Below are positions 20,033 through 28,214 of a DNA stretch of 32,000 nucleotides, one piece after another. The notes beneath the pieces were generated by a model. That model searched no databases, was not told the origin of the DNA, and was given only the letters and a program-made list of their open reading frames with translations. The first letter of the stretch is position 1. Every line of letters begins with the position of its first letter. This DNA comes from a cyanobacterium endosymbiont of Epithemia turgida isolate EtSB Lake Yunoko (GTDB lineage: Bacteria; Cyanobacteriota; Cyanobacteriia; Cyanobacteriales; Microcystaceae): NCBI RefSeq assembly GCF_000829235.1, contig NZ_AP012549.1, positions 510,001-542,000 on the forward strand, written 5' to 3'. Position numbers and translations under genes: made by a program.

Positions 20033-21121
20033 CTATCTAAACGGTGGGGAATAAAGCAAACCGCCATCAGTCCAAAGTTTATTAAGTCCTCTATTTAATT
20101 TCAATGGTTGACCAATGTTGCGTTCATAAATTTCACCATAATTTCCGACATGCTTAATAATGCGGAAAGCAAAATCATTAGGTAATCCTATGTCCTCACC
20201 TAATTTATTATCCAATCCTAAAAACCTTCTGATATTAGGATCTTCACTAGATTCAAAGGTTTTTATATTTTCGGACATAATGCCAAATTCCTCTGCTTGC
20301 ATAGTAGCAAAAGTAATCCATTTCACTGCATCAAACCAATCAGGATCTCCATCGGCGACAACTGGACTGAGTGGTTCTTTAGACATAAAAACCCCCAGTA
20401 TAACATGATCATCTTTTTGAGGAAAAACAGAACGACGGGCTACTAATTGAGACCGATCTGCAGTAACCGCCTCGCAGCGACCTTCCTGATAGGCAGCATA
20501 AAGAGCGTCCACATCATCAGAAATAACGGAATTATAGTTTTCTACTCCCCTTTTACGCATCTGATCAGCTAAATTCTGTTCTGTAGTAGTTCCAGCTAAA
20601 ACACAAATTGATTTAGCTGCCAAATCTTCCAATTTAGTTGCCCCACTCACTTTAGTCACCATGATGCCTTGTCCATCATAAAAAACTATAGGGGCAAATG
20701 CCACACCTACTGAGATGTCTCGACTCACTGTCCAGCTGGTATTGCGATTGAGAATATCTACTTCCCCTGTCTGGACAGCCGTAAAGCGCTCTTGTGCACT
20801 AAGCTTACGGTATTCAACTTTGGAAGGATCATCAAATAAGGCTGCCGCGATTGCTCGACAGATGTCCACGTCCAAACCAGAATATTGCCCATTTTCATCT
20901 ACAAAACTAAACCCTGGCACTTCCCCATTAACTCCACAAATTAGGTGTCCTCGTTCTTTAACTATTGCTAGACGACTTCCATTAAGGTCTGTTTTTCTCT
21001 TCTCGGCAGTGGGTTGAGTAGTCCTTTGTTGGCTTCCACAAGCCGTTAATGGAACTACTGAACATAAAGTCGCCAAAACTAAGGACAGCCATTTAGCCAT
21101 AAACCAGGTTTGCTCAAACAT
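20033..21121 (-). CDS. Amino-acid ABC transporter periplasmic binding lipoprotein (AapJ/BztA/NatF-like)
   Basis: 362-aa ORF. It has a signal peptide with a lipobox (..LVLATLCSVVPLTAC), so the true start is probably the internal M (MAKWLS..). The body (..GHLICGVNGEVPGFSFVDENGQYSGLDVDICRAIAAALF..) matches the AapJ-type binding-protein pattern as I remember it. Confidence 0.85.
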   Translation of the reverse strand: MFEQTWFMAKWLSLVLATLCSVVPLTACGSQQRTTQPTAEKRKTDLNGSRLAIVKERGHLICGVNGEVPGFSFVDENGQYSGLDVDICRAIAAALFDDPSKVEYRKLSAQERFTAVQTGEVDILNRNTSWTVSRDISVGVAFAPIVFYDGQGIMVTKVSGATKLEDLAAKSICVLAGTTTEQNLADQMRKRGVENYNSVISDDVDALYAAYQEGRCEAVTADRSQLVARRSVFPQKDDHVILGVFMSKEPLSPVVADGDPDWFDAVKWITFATMQAEEFGIMSENIKTFESSEDPNIRRFLGLDNKLGEDIGLPNDFAFRIIKHVGNYGEIYERNIGQPLKLNRGLNKLWTDGGLLYSPPFR

Positions 21122-21194
21122 TTGTTACTTTTAGGATTAATGTGATGTATCGATACTAAGTTATCCCTTCAAAGGATTTTAAAAACTTTCAGCT

Positions 21195-22075
21195 TTATAC
21201 TAAATCAGATTTAGAGTAATTCAATGATGATGTTAGAGTAAGAATTGTTCTTTGATTCAAGCTACTGCTTATGATGATCTGTCTTTGATGATTTTTGACA
21301 ATCGCCTCAGCAATAGCTGATCCTAAACTAGATTCTTCTGAACTTCGATGAATATGAGACCGGTTAAAACGATATAAACGGTCCAATAGATGAATTTTAG
21401 GGTTTTCTAAAATGCCTTTACCATTATCTTTAACAGCAACCTGTTGTAGGCGAACAAGATGGTCGCGCTTGATTAGTTCTTGTCTCGCCTTTTTTATTGA
21501 TGCTTTGGTTTTCTTGACGTTGGTCATATTTTTTCCTTTATCTAGGTTGCGCTAAAAACAAAAGGTTATTGACCATATTTCCTAACTGTTAAGTTAAGTT
21601 AAGTATCCTACTACTTCGAGCTGTCGTTGTTGCATTTAAAAATCTGTTTCAAAATAAGCTAAGTCTATCTGAACATTAGGTTGAACGATGGCGATGGGGC
21701 TTCCCAACTTATTAAAAGCATCGGTAGCAGATTATAATTATTTAGGATTTTAGGCAAGATTCCCAGGCAGGTTCGATCACCAGCTTTAAAAGGAACTTGA
21801 GTAATAGCCCTCACCATCCTAATCTATACTCAATAGCTGGATAGATTTAATTATCTTAAACTAGGGATAATTTGCTGTTAGATATTTTAATACATAACGA
21901 TTACGGTCAGTCTTTTGAGTAATTTCTTCTGAAGATGTGAGCGCCTTCCATAAGTGTTTCAGGATATTGTAAATCTAGTTTACTAGATAAATTCTAACGC
22001 AGAAAAAGACCTCTCTTACAAACAGTAACAACAGGATAGCTGTCACAGCAGTATATCAAATCGCTAAACGAGTGA
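21195..22075 (-). pseudogene. Sensor histidine kinase remnant (TM / HisKA / HATPase_c), heavily decayed and shortened; 5' limit approximate
   Basis: The 110-aa ORF at 21195-21527 carries a degenerate HATPase_c domain (VAVKDNGKGILENPKIHLLDRLYRFNRS...SSLGSAIAEAIVKNHQRQIIISSSLNQRTILTL; compare D.G.GI....IF.RFYR.D.S...G.GLGLAI...IV..H.G.I). Upstream on the minus strand there is an H-box remnant SATDAFNKLGSPIAIVQ (21681-21731), in which the phospho-accepting His has been lost. Further upstream is an N-terminal TM remnant RLAI*YTAVTAILLLLFVREVFFCVRIYLV (21981-22070). Stops and frame changes separate the pieces. Confidence 0.65.
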
Positions 22076-22344
22076 TTTATATTGATTAATCTCTTTAGTT
22101 TAATACTTTTAAAGAGTCAAACAAGCATGGATTTTTTAGTCAAGCTGCGATGAAATTACAACAAAACAAACTGATTCTTTAACTTGCAAGGTTTTTAAGA
22201 CTTCAAATATTTTACCTTTTAATAGTTTTCAAACTTATCATCCACTAATTTATCACACTCAGTCTAGAAGAGCCATAATTGTTTAATTATGGATAGGTAA
22301 TTAAATTTTATTATAATCTTTTTTTTTAAAAAAAAATCGTTTCT

Positions 22345-22812
22345 TTAGTTTTCTTGCTGTATCTTAACCATGGCGTTTTGGATTTTTTGTTTTAAGGTTT
22401 CGTCTCCTTGTGCTTTTTGAGTCATGATATTAAACTTACTCGCGGTAAATCCGCGTCGTTCAGCAATAGTTTTAGAACTATTGCAAAAATCAACTGCAAT
22501 TTTTTGCGCTTCGCCGGGTAATTTTCTAAAACTTTTAGGACTATCACAAGCAATTTCTGGGGGAGAATCATTGATAATATCTTCAATTTTTTGGTATGCG
22601 ATTTGACGTTGAGATTCTATAGTTAACACAGTTCTAGCATAATTAATAATATCGCTATCAGTGATCTCCGAAATTGACGACGGATCTTGTCGAGAAAAGA
22701 TGGGGACAATATTACATCCGTGGAGGATACCGATAAGTGCTAGTAAACTAGCCATTAAAGAACGAGTCAATGTTCTGTTCAAATTCAATAGGGAACAGTG
22801 AATAAACACCAT
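22345..22812 (-). CDS. Small lipoprotein, DUF4168-like
   Basis: 155-aa ORF with a lipobox (..LLALIGILHGC), so the real start is probably the internal MASLLA. The body (..IINYARTVLTIESQRQIAYQKIEDII...PEIACD....LPGEAQKIAVDFCNSSKTIAERRGFTASKFNIMTQKAQGDETLKQKIQNAM) fits my recollection of the cyanobacterial DUF4168 family. Confidence 0.55.
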   Translation of the reverse strand: MVFIHCSLLNLNRTLTRSLMASLLALIGILHGCNIVPIFSRQDPSSISEITDSDIINYARTVLTIESQRQIAYQKIEDIINDSPPEIACDSPKSFRKLPGEAQKIAVDFCNSSKTIAERRGFTASKFNIMTQKAQGDETLKQKIQNAMVKIQQEN

Positions 22813-22963
22813 GCGCGCTAACCGTCAAGTATATAATACTATTGGAATCTCCGCCCGAGTTTCTTCTTTGTTTTGAATTATTTTAAGTATTATAAGTTCC
22901 TGTGATCTCCAAAAGAAACTTAGACTACATCGTTCATAATTTTTCCTGTTTCTATCCATCTGT

Positions 22964-23905
22964 GTGATTCTCAATTATCTATTTTTTTTTATGACTTACT
23001 TAAATAATTCTGTTTCAACAACTTTTACCAATATTCAAGAGACTTCATTTATCCATATTCCTGTTTTATCGCAAGAAGTCATTGCCGGATTAAAAATTTG
23101 TCCGGGAGGACATTATCTGGACGCAACAGTGGGAAGTGGTGGACATAGCTCCTTAATTTTAAATGCCTTTCAAGATGTGCGGATAACTGCTATTGATCGC
23201 GATCAACAGGCAATTGCGGCAGCTAATGCCAATTTAGAAAAATTTGGTCGAGAACGAGTTCGGTTCTGGCAAGGAAACTTTGCTGATTATCCAGGAAAAC
23301 AAGCAGAATTTTCGGGCATTATCACTGACTTGGGTGTCAGTTCTCCACAATTTGACCTTCCTGAACGGGGGTTTAGTTTTCGTCATGAAGCTTCTTTGGA
23401 TATGCGGATGGATCAAAACCAGTTGCTAACGGCGGCTGAAATTATTAATTGTTGGAATGAAAAGTCTCTAGCTGAACTTTTTTTTCATTATGGAGAAGAA
23501 CGGCAATCACGACTTATTGCTAAACGCATCGTACAGCAAAGGCCATTTTATACCACAATCCAACTAGCCCAAGCCATTGCTCATACAGTTTCTACTAAAT
23601 ACCGTTATGGACGTATTCATCCTGCTACTCGTGTTTTTCAAGCGTTACGAATTGCAGTGAATGAGGAACTCGTGTCTTTAGAAAGATTTTTAGATCGGGT
23701 TTCCCAGTGGCTAAAACCTGGAGGAAGGATCGGAGTTATTAGTTTTCATAGTCTCGAAGATCGTATTGTAAAGCATCGTTTTCGTGACTCTTCAACACTG
23801 AAAATAGTAACTAAAAAACCAATTATTTCTCAACCCCAAGAAAAAGCTATAAATCCTCGTTCCCGTTCAGCTAAACTCCGATTTTCTCAGCGTATGAAAG
23901 ATTGA
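22964..23905 (+). CDS. rsmH: 16S rRNA (cytosine1402-N4)-methyltransferase
   Basis: The motifs HIPVL..EV...L......[16 protein letters not shown] and [11 protein letters not shown] are present. The ORF-caller start is GTG at 22964, and ATG at 22991 (MTYLNN..) is more plausible. Confidence 0.92.
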   Translation: MILNYLFFFMTYLNNSVSTTFTNIQETSFIHIPVLSQEVIAGLKICPGGHYLDATVGSGGHSSLILNAFQDVRITAIDRDQQAIAAANANLEKFGRERVRFWQGNFADYPGKQAEFSGIITDLGVSSPQFDLPERGFSFRHEASLDMRMDQNQLLTAAEIINCWNEKSLAELFFHYGEERQSRLIAKRIVQQRPFYTTIQLAQAIAHTVSTKYRYGRIHPATRVFQALRIAVNEELVSLERFLDRVSQWLKPGGRIGVISFHSLEDRIVKHRFRDSSTLKIVTKKPIISQPQEKAINPRSRSAKLRFSQRMKD

Positions 23906-24052
23906 GGATATCGAGAGTAAAGATTTAGCTTTTCGTTATTTGAATTGATAATTTTGACTGTGAGAGAACTTTGGAGCAGGAAAGAAAAGCGTTAAACGTC
24001 TATAATTGAATCTCTAATAAGCGATTCAAATGCACAACAGCTTAACCATTAA

Positions 24053-25615
24053 CTACTCATCAAGAGATTTATCTTTAACTTCGCGAACAATACGGAAAAA
24101 TTCATTTTTTTCATCGATAGTAATTCGAGTAGGAGAACCACTGATGATGCCTTCGTAATTACGGAATGAACCCTTAATTCTTGGACCGCCTTGATCAATA
24201 GTGTATTCTCGAATCCCTTTATCATGCCAAGACCCTCGCATTTTAAAGACATTAATCGCTCTGGACATTTTCCCTCTAATTTCCACATATTGCAGCATGA
24301 GAATGGTATCAGTAATGGTGGAAATATGAGATTCCGTAATAGAATGAGAACCCATAAATTTATCAGTTGTGTTGGTAAAAAACCCTGTTATTTCTTCTTG
24401 TTTTGCATAACCTGTTACCTCAATTACAAACTGACGAAAGGCGTTGTGAGTAACTCCTCTTGCTAATGCTGAGAGAGAATCAATAGCAATTCGTGAAGGT
24501 TTAAATTCAGAAATCTCTGATTTAATGATCTGTAAGTGATCCTCCAATCCTGCAGATTCAGGATAGCTACATAATAATTTCAGTAGTCCCTTCTGTTCCA
24601 TTTTTTCAAAATCAATTCCCCAGGAAAAAGCATTTCGAGATAATTGGGCATGAGACTCTTCATAAGCAAATAAAATTGACCTTTCTCCTTGACTACAACC
24701 TTCTTCCAAAAACTTATTTACCAGCAAAGTTTTACCAGTTCCTGTTGCTCCAGTTACCAGAATAATTGAGTCTTTAAAAAAGCCTCCTCCACACATTTCA
24801 TCAAGAGTTTCAATTCCAGAAGAAGCTCGAGTATTTGAAGAACGCTGAGTAAGTCGCATAGCTCCTAACGGAAAAATATTAATTCCATCATTAGTAATGG
24901 TGAAAGGATATTCTCCTTTCATATGGGTTGTCCCGCGCAATTTAAGAATTTCAGCTGTTCTTCGACGACGTTCTCCTTCTAAAACATTTCGTAAAATGAC
25001 TACATTATCAGAAACGAATTCTTCTACCCCAAAACGAGCGATTTGCCCGTATTCTTCCACCCGTTCTGTAGTCATAATTGAAGTAACCCCTAGGAGTTTT
25101 AACCGTGCTACTAAACGGAAAATCTCTCGACGTACCACGGATGCTGCATTATATTGTTGAAACACTGCCGTTACTGAATCAATAGAAACGAGTGTTGCTT
25201 TGTACTTGTGAATTGCATACTGGATACGTTCAATTATAGCCGAGAGATCAAAACTTCCTACCACTTCTTGTCCATCAGGATCAGGGGAAGCATCAAGAAT
25301 AAATAGTTGACCCTTATCAATAATTTCTTGTAAATCCCAACCAAAACTATAGGCATTTTGAATAACGTCTGCTGGCGATTCCTCAAAGGTTACAAATAAT
25401 CCCGGATAATCAAAATATTTAATCCCATGATAGAGAAACTGAATTGCTAGTAACGTTTTACCAGTTCCTGATGTTCCACTAACCAAGGTGGTTCTTCCAA
25501 TGGGAAGTCCGCCATGGCTAATTTCATCAAACCCTTCAATCATAGTCCGAATCTTACAGACTCCTTTAGGAGGTAGTTTTTTTGGTATTTGCCTATTAGG
25601 AAGCGATTCATTCAT
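24053..25615 (-). CDS. kaiC: Circadian clock protein KaiC, apparently intact
   Basis: 520 aa with ATG at 25613-25615. It has duplicated RecA-like halves with both Walker A motifs (GTSGTGKT, GATGTGKT). Both catalytic EE pairs are present (VTFEES, FAYEES), as is the phosphosite context ESHISTITDTILMLQYVEIRG. The C-terminal A-loop/tail region is IISGSPTRITIDEK. Confidence 0.97.
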   Translation of the reverse strand: MNESLPNRQIPKKLPPKGVCKIRTMIEGFDEISHGGLPIGRTTLVSGTSGTGKTLLAIQFLYHGIKYFDYPGLFVTFEESPADVIQNAYSFGWDLQEIIDKGQLFILDASPDPDGQEVVGSFDLSAIIERIQYAIHKYKATLVSIDSVTAVFQQYNAASVVRREIFRLVARLKLLGVTSIMTTERVEEYGQIARFGVEEFVSDNVVILRNVLEGERRRRTAEILKLRGTTHMKGEYPFTITNDGINIFPLGAMRLTQRSSNTRASSGIETLDEMCGGGFFKDSIILVTGATGTGKTLLVNKFLEEGCSQGERSILFAYEESHAQLSRNAFSWGIDFEKMEQKGLLKLLCSYPESAGLEDHLQIIKSEISEFKPSRIAIDSLSALARGVTHNAFRQFVIEVTGYAKQEEITGFFTNTTDKFMGSHSITESHISTITDTILMLQYVEIRGKMSRAINVFKMRGSWHDKGIREYTIDQGGPRIKGSFRNYEGIISGSPTRITIDEKNEFFRIVREVKDKSLDE

Positions 25616-25689
25616 TGTTGATTTATTGATTCTTCTTATTTAAAATTAACGATAATTTCATATACAAATATATGTAAGTTGCTCTTACT

Positions 25690-26033
25690 ATATATTAGCA
25701 AATAACATGGAGATTTTTTTTGTAAATTATCTTCTCTTTCTTTAATTTTTTCATAAAAAAGATATAAGCCAATAATAACTTTTTCTCTATCTGAAATATC
25801 GCCTATAATCTTACGAACAAGGAAAAATAAAATTTTAGTTAAAGTGGTTTTTTCTAAAATTTTATTTTCCTCAGGTAGTTGAGGGTTTTTAGGATATCAA
25901 TAACTTTGAAAGCATAAACTCCTTTAAATTTATCTTCAAGACTATTTTAAAGTATTTTAAAAGCTCTGACACAGTTAGTGGTATTGCCTGCTACATAAAG
26001 CTTAAGACCATAGGGAATTTTGAATTTTTTCAT
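25690..26033 (-). pseudogene. kaiB: Circadian clock protein KaiB, inactivated (premature stop plus frameshift); 3' limit approximate
   Basis: From ATG at 26031-26033 the minus strand reads [48 protein letters not shown], with a TAA at 25947-25949. Only after a -1 shift at the 5-nt homopolymer (T5 on the + strand, 25886-25890) does it continue [46 protein letters not shown]. Compare my remembered KaiB: ..[83 protein letters not shown]. Confidence 0.88.
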
Positions 26034-26340
26034 CGGCTAAAAATCAGGAGATTTTGATATAAAGAATATTGTTTAAAAATATTTTTTTACTTCTGTAGAT
26101 CAGCTACAATAAAACCATAATTAATACAAACTTCAGGTCTTATTTTGCAAGATTATTAAGGCTTATAAGACTTGTTTTTTAGAAGAAATATAGTTTCTAT
26201 TTTTATAGAATGAAGTTAAACTAAAAGTTTTATAAGTTATTAGTAATTAATTTATCGTACTTAATCTAGAAGAGCTAATTTTTTTATTTCTCAAAAAGTC
26301 TGGGATGGTAACAATGCCTTTATATTTTTGGTAAAGTTAA

Positions 26341-27225
26341 TCAAACATAAAGATTTTCCCTGGGAACTGAGCAACGATACATTTCTCCCAAATGTGCTAA
26401 AACATCAATGATAGTGAAGCGGTAATCTAAAAGAATTTCATCACTGCGGCCTTCTATCTTAAGCTGCTGAGAAAATTCGTCTATTAACTCCATATGAATT
26501 TCTAAAATTTTAGAAATTGCAATATTGGCAAAAAAAGCTTTGTTCACAAACTGATCAATAAACTGGTTAATTTCAGTCTCATCACTAAAGTAATTAAGAA
26601 CAATTTTTCGATATTTTTTAGTTAAATAATTAATAAGTTCTTCTTGCTGTATTTTGGAAATATTTCGAAAAAAATATCTGGGATTTCTCTTGTAAAACAC
26701 TCCTAAATAGCCCAGTCTTTCCTTGAGCTTTTTTGCTAACCGACGTTGTTGTAAGAGCACAAAACTTAACTGTTTATCAGGAACTAAGACTTCGGGCAAA
26801 GAAACTGGACTTTTTGTTAAAGAATAACTTGGTCCCAAACGTAAAAATTGCGCAATAGCTAGATCAAGAGATTTTGCCATATTATCTAAGGTCGTTACTG
26901 GCTGTCGTACCTCCGCACTATGATAGAGACACGCTAGGGTTCCAACTTTATCTGGAAAAACGTCTGTATCTAACTCTGGTTCAATAATAACCACCGGAAG
27001 TAGGATTTCTTGTTCGTAAAGTTGATTAAATAAAGAAGAGACCGTAGTATCTCGGAAAATAACGAGACAGTCAATTTGTACGTCACGACTGTTTACTAAG
27101 TCGAGCAACTCCTGAGAAGAGTCAACTAGTTGAATAAAATAAGACGTACTGCTCAGAATATTTGTCAAATACTGGGCAATATGGTGATTACTGATATAGA
27201 GACAAATTGATAATCTAGATTGCAA
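26341..27225 (-). CDS. kaiA: Circadian clock protein KaiA, full length with a non-ATG (TTG) start
   Basis: The 294-codon ORF ends at TGA 26341-26343. An N-terminal pseudo-receiver-like half (QSRLSICLYI...IDCLVIF) precedes the conserved C-terminal KaiC-binding half. That half reads LLQQRRLAKKLKERLGYLGVFYKRNPRYFFRN...IVLNYFS...IDQFVNKAFFANIAISKILEIHMELIDEFSQQLKIEGRSDEILLDYRFTIIDVLAHLGEMYRCSVPRE. Confidence 0.9.
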   Translation of the reverse strand: MQSRLSICLYISNHHIAQYLTNILSSTSYFIQLVDSSQELLDLVNSRDVQIDCLVIFRDTTVSSLFNQLYEQEILLPVVIIEPELDTDVFPDKVGTLACLYHSAEVRQPVTTLDNMAKSLDLAIAQFLRLGPSYSLTKSPVSLPEVLVPDKQLSFVLLQQRRLAKKLKERLGYLGVFYKRNPRYFFRNISKIQQEELINYLTKKYRKIVLNYFSDETEINQFIDQFVNKAFFANIAISKILEIHMELIDEFSQQLKIEGRSDEILLDYRFTIIDVLAHLGEMYRCSVPRENLYV

Positions 27226-27381
27226 GGTTTTAAGATTAAGAACTAGGTCACTAGAGAATTATAAAAGAAAAAACTGAATAGTATTAGCAACTCCTTCACA
27301 TAAAAGTTAACATAAATACTTTGTTAACACAAATACTTTCATATCAGATAATTCAGCGTCTTCGACTAAACTCTTTTAAAC

Positions 27382-27426
27382 AAAATTAAGTGATCATTTA
27401 CTAGTTGACTATGATCACTTAATTTT
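27382..27426. repeat. Perfect inverted repeat (16-bp stem, 13-nt loop)
   Basis: aaaattaagtgatcat (27382-27397) / atgatcacttaatttt (27411-27426). All 16 pairs were checked. Confidence 0.9.
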
Positions 27427-27447
27427 CGTTATAAAAATATATCTGCA

Positions 27448-27489
27448 TTTTATAGAAGGTAAGATTAAATAAGCCTACCTTCTATAAAA
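27448..27489. repeat. Perfect inverted repeat (14-bp stem, 14-nt loop)
   Basis: ttttatagaaggta (27448-27461) / taccttctataaaa (27476-27489). All pairs were checked. Confidence 0.9.
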
Positions 27490-27923
27490 GCAGTTAAAAA
27501 CTAGTAATTGCTAAATACTAGTCTATCCAAAAATATAGTTAACAGAATTAAAAGAGCAAGAACTTTAAAAGTTAACTAATGAACCCCCAAAATTAGTCCA
27601 GAACAAGGATGAGAGCCCAAATTTTATACGTAAATTTTAAAAAATAAAATTATAACAATAATTTATAGATATATTATTAAAGTAAAAGAAGAATTGTGCT
27701 TGGTTTTTTTTAAAAAAAATAATTAGGAATCAAGAAGAGGTAAAATCTTTTGGATATTTTTTATATGAATGATGATAAAAATTTATTATAGCCAATAATA
27801 ATCTAATTTTTATAAAAAAATAAAAGTTTAATTAACTCTTTCCAGGATTTCTATTTTTTTATAAAAGAGCCAGAAATAAGCAATAATTAAAACAAAAAAT
27901 AATGATTTTATCAAAAAAATATT

Positions 27924-27967
27924 TAAAAATACATGTAATTATGTCAATATAATTACATGTATTTTTA
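27924..27967. repeat. Perfect inverted repeat (19-bp stem, 6-nt loop gtcaat)
   Basis: taaaaatacatgtaattat (27924-27942) / ataattacatgtattttta (27949-27967). All pairs were checked. A further 12-bp AT-rich palindrome follows at 27992-28017 (gagttaaattta tt taaatttaactc). Confidence 0.9.
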
Positions 27968-28172
27968 TCTAAAAGATAACTATAATCATGGGAGTTAAAT
28001 TTATTTAAATTTAACTCTACTTAAATAAAAAATAGTTGTTCGAAACCACTCTACTCATTATCTACATAAATAGACCATAAACTTCTGTTATTATCGAATA
28101 TGAATATTAAGTATCTTAAAAAAAGTTCAATTAATTAGTAGTCAATAGGTTTAAATTTAACTGTGCTATGTG

Positions 28173-28214
28173 ACTCCAAAAAATTAATTTTTATAGAGAT
28201 TAATTTTTTGGAGT
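28173..28214. repeat. Perfect inverted repeat (16-bp stem, 10-nt loop)
   Basis: actccaaaaaattaat (28173-28188) / attaattttttggagt (28199-28214). All pairs were checked. Confidence 0.9.

Noticed and set aside
20160-21017. 82-aa and 100-aa ORFs on the + strand (20160-20408, 20715-21017)
   Set aside because: They are antisense inside the natF-like binding-protein gene.
21765-21785. tRNA-like T-arm string ggcaggttcgatcaccagc
   Set aside because: No acceptor stem, anticodon arm or D-arm can be folded around it. It lies inside the histidine-kinase remnant.
22424-23429. Short ORFs at 22424-22606 (+), 23234-23416 (-) and 23244-23429 (+)
   Set aside because: They overlap the DUF4168 gene or rsmH in other frames, and nothing independent supports them.
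24049-25160. ORFs at 24049-24288 (-), 24191-24466 (+) and 24897-25160 (+)
   Set aside because: All are embedded in kaiC in alternative frames or on the opposite strand.
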